A stretch of DNA of 14,099 bases, from positions 1 to 14,099 of the forward strand of contig JBFMGU010000270.1 of assembly GCA_040752415.1 (NCBI GenBank), given 5' to 3'. Source of the stretch: Myxococcota bacterium. GTDB lineage: Bacteria; Myxococcota; JACRCW01. Positions 1 through 8,750 of the stretch are shown one piece after another; the stretch's first letter is position 1, and every line of letters starts with the position of its first letter. The notes beneath the pieces were generated by a model, which was not told the DNA's origin, ran no database searches, and was given only the letters and a program-made list of their open reading frames with translations. The position numbers and the translations under genes are program-made.

Positions 1-1
1 G

Positions 2-1177
2 CCGGGGCGCGACGGGGGCGGACGGGGCGGCACCATTGGGCGCCACCAGCGGAACTGGCGCGCTCATCACCGGTGCGTTGGCCGCGTTGAGGTCCGCTTC
101 CGTGGCAGGCTGCGCGCGTCCGCCCGGCGTGGGTGCCGCCGGCGCAATCCGCATGGTTCCCCGACGAGGTGCCTCCGCGATGGTGGCCGCGTTGTTGGTC
201 TGCGCGGCGCGCGGATGCTCCAGGAAGGCCTTCCACGTCTCCGCGAGCTCCTGCGCGGTCTGGTAGCGCTGGTCGCGGTTCTTGTGGAGGGCCTTGAGGA
301 TGATGGCCTCCACCTCCGCGCTGATGTTGAGGTCCGGTCGCGCCTGACGAGGTGGAACCGGCGCCTCCATGATGTGCTTGGTCACAATCCCGACGGCGGT
401 CTCCGCCTTGAACGGGATGTCCCCGGTGACCAGCTGGTACATGAGAACGCCGAGCGCGTAGATGTCGCTGCGCGGGTCCAGGCTCTCTCCGCGCGCCTGC
501 TCCGGGCTCATGTACTCCGGTGTGCCGCACACCATGCCCTGCTGCGTGAGCGCGCGACCTTCCTCCCCAGACGGGTCCTGGATCTTGGCAATGCCGAAGT
601 CCAGCACCTTCACGTAGTCCTTATGGTCGCGACGATCCTCGACCATGATGTTCTCGGGCTTGATGTCGCGGTGGATGATGTTCTGCTCGTGCGCTTCCGC
701 CAGCGCGGAGCACACCTGCACCATGATGCGACCCAGCCGCTCCTCCGGCAGCGGGAAGTCCTCCTGCAACACCGTGAACAGGTCACGACCGTGGAGCAGC
801 TCCATGGCCATGAACAGCGTGCCGTCCTCCGACTGGCCGAAGTCGATGATGGAGATGGAGTTGGGGTGGTTGAGGCGGGACGCGGCGCGGGCCTCCCGCT
901 GGAAGCGCTGGACCAGCTGCTGGTCGTCATTGAAATGCGGGTGCAGGATCTTGAGCACCACCGGCTTGTCCAGGCTCATCTGGCGCGCCTTGTAGACGCG
1001 GCCCATGCCGCCGGTGCCGAGCAGGCTCTCCACCCGGAAGTTGCGCGCAATGACCTTGCCGATGAGCGGGTCCGCGTCCTCGACCTTGGTGTGGGTCACC
1101 GTGGAGCCGCAGTTGGGGCAGAAGCGCGCGCCGGCGGCGACCTCGGACTGGCAGTTGGTGCAGAGCGTTGCGGACAT
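2..1177 (-). CDS. Ser/Thr protein kinase (Hanks type) with N-terminal zinc ribbon; 3' end runs off the window
   Basis: Absent from the ORF track because it has no stop in the window; translated by hand from ATG at 1177. MSATLCTNCQSEVAAGARFCPNCG (two CxxC), then LLGTGGMGRVY, VVLKIL, RFQREARAASRLNHPN, HRDIKPENIM, VKVLDFGIAK, GTPEYMSPEQ, SDIYALG, followed by a Pro/Ala-rich linker to the window edge. Confidence 0.96.
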   Translation of the reverse strand, partial: MSATLCTNCQSEVAAGARFCPNCGSTVTHTKVEDADPLIGKVIARNFRVESLLGTGGMGRVYKARQMSLDKPVVLKILHPHFNDDQQLVQRFQREARAASRLNHPNSISIIDFGQSEDGTLFMAMELLHGRDLFTVLQEDFPLPEERLGRIMVQVCSALAEAHEQNIIHRDIKPENIMVEDRRDHKDYVKVLDFGIAKIQDPSGEEGRALTQQGMVCGTPEYMSPEQARGESLDPRSDIYALGVLMYQLVTGDIPFKAETAVGIVTKHIMEAPVPPRQARPDLNISAEVEAIILKALHKNRDQRYQTAQELAETWKAFLEHPRAAQTNNAATIAEAPRRGTMRIAPAAPTPGGRAQPATEADLNAANAPVMSAPVPLVAPNGAAPSAPVAPR

Positions 1178-1188
1178 TGGAAGCGCGC

Positions 1189-1218
1189 ACTCTATCCCCG
1201 TGCGGAACGCGCCCTCAA
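1189..1218 (-). promoter_or_regulatory. Candidate sigma70-type promoter for the kinase gene
   Basis: Minus strand TTGAGG (1218-1213), 18-nt spacer, TAGAGT (1194-1189), ending 11 nt before the ATG. No Shine-Dalgarno sequence in between. Confidence 0.4.
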
Positions 1219-2615
1219 CTGCTCCGGCGGGGCTTCCTCGTCGGGCGCTTGGGCGCGGCCTGGGCCTGCCGGGCGGGGAGGAACCCGTGGCGCCGCATCA
1301 TGGCCCGCAGCGTGCTCCCGGGATCCGCCGCCATGCCCCGTCCCACCGTGCCGAGGAGGCGCGCCGCCCGGGCAGCGTTGCCGGAAGCGCGGGCCAGTGC
1401 CGCCTGCAGCGCCTTGCGCTCCAGCTCATCCACCGCCTCCCGCAGGTCCATCCGCCCCGCGTCCAGGAGCCGCTCCAACGCCGCGGTGTTGATGAGACCG
1501 CCGTCGTCCGTTGGGGGGGCGGCGCCCAGGATGCGTCGAGGGAGGTCCGCGAGCATCAGCTGACCGCCGCCCCGTTTGTAGACCAATGCCTCGAACACCA
1601 CGTTGCGCAGCTCGCGGATGTTGCCGGGCCAGGGGTGGTCGGTGAGGGCGGCCAGGGCCTCTTGGGTGATCTCGGTGACGGGGGTGCGGCCGGGTTGCGG
1701 GCCGGTCTCCGCCTGGAAACGCGCCATGAAGTGACGGGCCAGCGCCGGGATGTCCTCGCGTCGGGCGCGCAACGGGGGGAGCTCCACGGTGACAATGGCA
1801 AGGCGCTCGTAGAAGTCCGCGCCGAAGCTTCCGGAGGCGATGAGCGTGCGCAGGTCCCGGTTGGTGGCGGCGAGCAGTCGGAAATCCACGCGGTGCGGTG
1901 TGCTCTCCCCCAGCCGCGTGACGACGTGATCCTCCAGCACGCGCAGCAGCTTGACCTGCGTGGACACGGGCGTGTCGTCGATCTCATCCAGGAAGACCGT
2001 GCCGCCTTCCGCCGCCATCAACCATCCGTCAAAGCCCTTCACCGCGCCGGAGAACGCGCCGCGCGCGTAACCAAAGAGCTCCGCCTCCATGAGCTCATTG
2101 GGAATGGCCGCGCAGTTGATGGGGACAAAGCGACGCTCCGTGCGGGGCGACCACGCATGCAACAGACGCGCGCACAGCTCCTTGCCGGTGCCGGTCTCGC
2201 CGGTGAGGAGGACGGGCATGGACGTGCGCGCCGCCCGCGCCAGCTGCGCCAGCACCTTCCGCGCCGCCGCGCTCTCCGCGATGAATCCCGGTGGCACGGG
2301 AGGCGGTGTCTCGGCGTCGACGAGCTCGCGCAGGCGCAGGGCGAGGCGGTGGGTGGCGTCGGGGGCGGGCAGGGAGATGACGTCGTAGGCGCCGCGCAGC
2401 ACGGCCTCCCGTTGCACGGTCACCGGCAGTCTGCTCTCGCTCAGCCACAACCACGGAACCCCATCACCCACGACGGCAGGCACCTGCGCTCCCGACGTGC
2501 GCACCACCCGCAGCGTGGGGCGAGCGTGGCGTTGGTGCAGCGTGACTCCCAGCGCGAGCAGCGGCTCCGCCAGCCTTCCGCGCGGCAACGCGCCACGCCA
2601 TTCCACGTCCGCCAT
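1215..2615 (-). CDS. Sigma54-dependent enhancer-binding protein (NtrC/Fis family AAA+) with degenerate receiver-like N-terminus
   Basis: Walker A GETGTGKE, INCAAIP, ELFGYARGAFSGA (GAFTGA loop variant), Walker B FLDEID, QVKLLRVL, AATNRDL, WPGNIRELRN and a C-terminal Fis-type HTH (GNAARAARLLG). Start placed at ATG 2615 (MADVEW); the ORF-track start at 2651 is a non-ATG codon inside the palindromic sites. Confidence 0.95.
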   Translation of the reverse strand: MADVEWRGALPRGRLAEPLLALGVTLHQRHARPTLRVVRTSGAQVPAVVGDGVPWLWLSESRLPVTVQREAVLRGAYDVISLPAPDATHRLALRLRELVDAETPPPVPPGFIAESAAARKVLAQLARAARTSMPVLLTGETGTGKELCARLLHAWSPRTERRFVPINCAAIPNELMEAELFGYARGAFSGAVKGFDGWLMAAEGGTVFLDEIDDTPVSTQVKLLRVLEDHVVTRLGESTPHRVDFRLLAATNRDLRTLIASGSFGADFYERLAIVTVELPPLRARREDIPALARHFMARFQAETGPQPGRTPVTEITQEALAALTDHPWPGNIRELRNVVFEALVYKRGGGQLMLADLPRRILGAAPPTDDGGLINTAALERLLDAGRMDLREAVDELERKALQAALARASGNAARAARLLGTVGRGMAADPGSTLRAMMRRHGFLPARQAQAAPKRPTRKPRRSS

Positions 2616-2617
2616 GC

Positions 2618-2656
2618 CGTGAATCAAATCATGGCCACCGCGTGAATACAATCACG
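2618..2656. promoter_or_regulatory. Tandem palindromic protein-binding sites, CGTGA-N6-TCA(C/T)G x2 (candidate EBP enhancer/operator)
   Basis: CGTGA-ATCAAA-TCATG (2618-2633) and CGTGA-ATACAA-TCACG (2641-2656), 23 bp apart, 16/19 identical when extended to the trailing GCC. AT-rich spacers in GC-rich DNA. Confidence 0.7.
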
Positions 2657-2696
2657 GCCGCGCTGGTCCCGACGAGACGAAACGCTGGGAAATCAG

Positions 2697-4037
2697 TCAC
2701 TTGGCTCCTGGCAGGGCGCATGCACATTCGGTGCGCCATGACGCCGGGCAGTTCTTCCTCCCGGCAGGAGCGTTCCCATGTGGGTCCTGGGGACCGGGAT
2801 GACCCGCGCGCACCCAGGCCTCAAGCAGCGCCACGTCCTCGGGCGACAACGCGGGAAGACCCATGGGCATGCCGGGAGGCTCCGACGGGCGGGCGGCGCG
2901 GTGGTCGCGCAGGTCGTCGTGGCCGGGGAGGATGCGGTCACGTTGGGCCTCCACGTGACGGATGTGCACGCGCTCCAGCAGCACCGGCTCCCCGCTCGCG
3001 CCCGGGCGGAAGATGGACTGACGACGTCCGGAGGCGGTGCGGGAGCCACGCGTCACGTCGCGGTACGAGGAGAAGGAGAGGCCCACCGCGGGATAGCCGA
3101 AGCCGCCGCTGTTGCCTGGGCCTCCGTCGCCACCGGAGAGGGCGGGGTCCATGTGGCAGTGGATGCAGACGCGCGAGAAGATGCGCTCGTCGACCGCTTT
3201 CCAGGTCACCGGCCCCGATGGCGGAGGCGCGTTGTCGACGGGAAACGCAGGGGCGGGGGTGCCGGGTTCGCCGTACAGGATGAAGCACGCAAGCGCGAGC
3301 GCGTCGGCTTCCGACAGGGCAACGGCAGGCATGAGCGTGTCCGGCTTCAGGGACTGCGGCGCGCGAATCCACGTCGTCAGGAGCTCGGGGCGCATGCGGT
3401 CACGCGTGTGACGCAGGTCTGGCGCGAGCGCACGGCCAGGGTTGCGCGAGAATGTGAATTGTTCCGGGCCGGCGGTGACGAAGACGCGGTTGCCGAAGAG
3501 ATGACAAGCCACGCAGCCCTTCTCCTCGAAGAGCGCCGCGCCGCGGGTGACGAGCGCGTCCTCCCGTGGAGGTACCGGTCCCGGGATGGTGGGGGTGTTG
3601 CGCGTGAGGAAGGCCACCACGTCGTCGACGGTGCGGTCGTTCCAGCCGGGGCGGGGCATGGACTCCGAGAGGGTGGGGCGCAGGTCGTAGGGGTTCCGCA
3701 GGTAGGCGCGCAGCCAGTCTCGTCGGAAACGGCCCAGGCCGCGCAGGCTGGGCACGCCCACCGTGTAATGTCCCGTCGACACGCGTTGGACGTGACGGTC
3801 CCACAGCGGAAAGGACTCACGCGCCTCCGCGGCAGCGTCGTCGTTGGCGGCGGTCCGCACGATCCACTGGTGGCACCGCACGCACGCCGCATCCTGTGGA
3901 ACCGCGCGCACGCCATCGACGTCATGACAGCGCGTGCACTGCGCCTTCTCCACCGCCGCGCGACCCCGCGTCACGTCGCCACGAGCCAACACCACGCCGG
4001 GAAGCAGCGCGAGCAGCAGCGGCAGGAGCGCCTTCAT
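2697..4037 (-). CDS. Exported multiheme (4 x CxxCH) c-type cytochrome
   Basis: Signal peptide MKALLPLLLALLPGVVLA. Heme motifs CTRCH, CVRCH, CVACH, CIHCH. Class I cytochrome c-like segments with candidate axial Met: YLRNP..LRP...ESMP, WIRAPQSLKPDTLMP, PPGMPMG. Confidence 0.92.
   Translation of the reverse strand: MKALLPLLLALLPGVVLARGDVTRGRAAVEKAQCTRCHDVDGVRAVPQDAACVRCHQWIVRTAANDDAAAEARESFPLWDRHVQRVSTGHYTVGVPSLRGLGRFRRDWLRAYLRNPYDLRPTLSESMPRPGWNDRTVDDVVAFLTRNTPTIPGPVPPREDALVTRGAALFEEKGCVACHLFGNRVFVTAGPEQFTFSRNPGRALAPDLRHTRDRMRPELLTTWIRAPQSLKPDTLMPAVALSEADALALACFILYGEPGTPAPAFPVDNAPPPSGPVTWKAVDERIFSRVCIHCHMDPALSGGDGGPGNSGGFGYPAVGLSFSSYRDVTRGSRTASGRRQSIFRPGASGEPVLLERVHIRHVEAQRDRILPGHDDLRDHRAARPSEPPGMPMGLPALSPEDVALLEAWVRAGHPGPQDPHGNAPAGRKNCPASWRTECACALPGAK
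2708..2724 (+). promoter_or_regulatory. Candidate sigma54 (-24/-12) promoter, divergent from the EBP gene
   Basis: CTGGCAGGGCGCATGCA versus consensus YTGGCACG-N4-TTGCW: GG(2710-2711)-N10-GC(2722-2723), two mismatches. Predicted +1 near 2735, about 80-115 bp downstream of the tandem sites. Confidence 0.6.
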
Positions 4038-4045
4038 CGTCGTGG

Positions 4046-4663
4046 TCAGCCGTTCACGCGGACGGCGGCGCGACTGCGCTCCAGTTCACCCAACACCTTG
4101 CGCGCCTCCTGGTGCTTGGGCCGACGCGCGAGCACCTGGCGCACCGTCCGCTCCGCTGCGTCGGGAGACCCTTCCGCGAGCTCCAGTCGCGCCAACGTGA
4201 CCATGCCCTGCGGCGAAAGGGATTCACTCGCGATGAGCGGCTGCAGCTCGGCGCGCGCTTCCGCCAGGCGGCCCAGCGCGAGCAACGCGGCCGCGCGGGT
4301 CTCCTTCACCGTCGGAGTGGTGTCGGCGTCCTGAAGGTAGGAGAGCGTGCCGTTGACGTCGCCCAGCTGCCACGCTGCGAGGCCGGCAATGCGGGAGGCG
4401 CGCTGGCGGTCGGCGGGCTTCAGGGGTGGGCTGAAATAGGACAGGGTGGGATCCTGCTTGGGCGTGTCCAACACCGCGCGCGCCATCTTGAGCGCCGCCA
4501 CCGGCTTCCCCTGCGCCAGGAGCTTCTCCGCGCGGTCCACGCGCTGCGCCAGCGTCATCACGCCCATGGAACGACGCGGCATGGGGCAGGCCGCCACATC
4601 CACGACGGAAAGGGTGACGGCGCCCACCAACAGACCCGACCAGATCATCGTCCGGAAACCCAT
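4046..4663 (-). CDS. Exported tetratricopeptide-repeat protein (possible lipoprotein)
   Basis: GGAGGG just before ATG 4663. Hydrophobic N-terminus ending VAAC. TPR-like helices (AAALLALGRLAEARAEL, LARLELAEGSPDAAERTVRQVLARRPKHQEA). Ends 8 nt before the cytochrome start. Confidence 0.8.
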   Translation of the reverse strand: MGFRTMIWSGLLVGAVTLSVVDVAACPMPRRSMGVMTLAQRVDRAEKLLAQGKPVAALKMARAVLDTPKQDPTLSYFSPPLKPADRQRASRIAGLAAWQLGDVNGTLSYLQDADTTPTVKETRAAALLALGRLAEARAELQPLIASESLSPQGMVTLARLELAEGSPDAAERTVRQVLARRPKHQEARKVLGELERSRAAVRVNG

Positions 4664-4842
4664 GGAACCCTCCGAGGGTGCCAGCCTGGCGACCCACACC
4701 GCTGCCAACGGCCCACGCGCCCGAAGGATCTGACAACGCTCGCGCCCATGTTGTTCCGCCGGGCGGCTTGACGGGAGCGCCACCGCGCGGTTTCCATGTC
4801 CGGCCCGCGCGTTGGGACGCAGGCGGAACCCAGGACGAAAAC

Positions 4843-6067
4843 GTGGCCCGGATTGCGGTGGCGGATGACGACCAGCAGTTGCGCAGCGTCCTGGTGCGAC
4901 TGCTGAAGCAGAAAGGCCACGACGTCACCCCGTTCCCCGACGGAGGCGCGGCGCTGCAGGGCGTGCGACCGGGTGGCTACGAGCTGCTCATCACCGACGT
5001 GGAAATGCCCAACATGGACGGGGTCAACCTGACGCGCGCGCTGCGCCAGACGTTCACCAAGTCCCAGCTGCCCATCATCATCCTGAGCGGGCTGGAGGCC
5101 GAGGACGACATCCTGCGCGGCTACGACGCCGGCGCCAACGACTACCTGGTGAAGCCCTACAAGGCGCCCATCCTGCACGCGAAGGTGGCGCTCCTGTTGC
5201 GCGAGCGCGAGGCGCAGGGCGGGGCGAACATCTCGCTGGCTCCGTCGGGCGCGCAGGGCCCGCGGCTGCCGTTCACGTTTGACAAGTACACCGTGGAGCA
5301 GGAGCTGGGGCGCGGCGGGATGAGCGTGGTGTACCGCGCGGTGCGTCGCAGTGACGGGAAGATGGTGGCGCTCAAGATGTTCGAGCCCGACGTCACCGCG
5401 GACCGCCAGGGCCTGGCGCGCTACTTCCGGGAGATTGCCGCGCTGAGCACCATCTCGTCGGAGCGCGTGGTGAGCGTGGTGGATTCCGGCTTCGAGCAGG
5501 GGCGCTACTTCCTGGCCATGGATTACCTGGAAGGACGTTCCGCCAAGGCCATCCTCCTCGATGAAGGCCCGTTCCCCGAGCGGCGCGTGGTGCAGGTGGG
5601 CCGCGACGTGGTGGACGCTTTGCAGGCGCTGCGTGGGCAGGGGCTGGTGCACCGCGACATCAAGCCGGCGAACATCATGATCCGTCGTGACGGGCGCAGC
5701 ACGCTGGTGGACCTGGGGCTGGCCAAGAGCCAGAAGGATGACGACGTCACCGGCTCCGACGCGGTGCTGGGCACGCCGCAGTACCTGGCGCCCGAGCTGC
5801 TGCGCGGCATGATGGCCAGCGTGGCCAGCGACGTGTATTCGCTGGGCGTGACGCTCTATGAGCTGCTCAGCGGCCAGAAGCCGTACGCGGGACTGGCGGC
5901 CAGCGCGGTGGTGCAGAACAAGCTGGCGGGGAAGAAGCCCCCGACGCTGCGTGAGGTGCAGAGCGGGGTGAGCGCGCCGGTGGCGTCGTTGGTGGGCCAG
6001 ATGATGGAGCTGGACCCGGACCGCCGCCTGCGCGATCTCGACGAGCTGCAGGAAGCGTTGGAAGAGA

Positions 6068-6081
<14 letters not shown>
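4843..6081 (+). CDS. Receiver (REC) domain-Ser/Thr protein kinase fusion
   Basis: GTG start after AGGA. REC motifs IAVADDD, LITDVEMPNMDG, IIILSG, GANDYLVKP. Kinase motifs LGRGGMSVVY, VALK, HRDIKPANIM, DLGLAK, GTPQYLAPE, SDVYSLG. No TM segment. Stop overlaps the ppdK end convergently (6068-6081). Confidence 0.95.
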
Positions 6082-8731
<2,650 letters not shown>

Positions 8732-8750
8732 GCCAGACCCCAGCGGTTGT

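Noticed and set aside
215..2645. Plus-strand ORFs 215-1492 and 1005-2645
   Set aside because: Shadows of the kinase and EBP genes.
2778..4334. 518-aa plus-strand ORF starting after AGGAG
   Set aside because: Exactly codon-aligned antisense to the cytochrome gene and without motifs, so not called as a CDS. Only its start signals are discussed in the findings.
4667..4684. Minus-strand TGGCAC upstream of the TPR gene as a sigma54 -24 box
   Set aside because: No GC at the -12 position (it reads into GGAGGG) and it is too close to the start codon.
4768..4797. TTGACG as a sigma70 -35 for the REC-kinase gene
   Set aside because: Best -10 at 17-18 nt spacing is TTCCAT, too weak to call.
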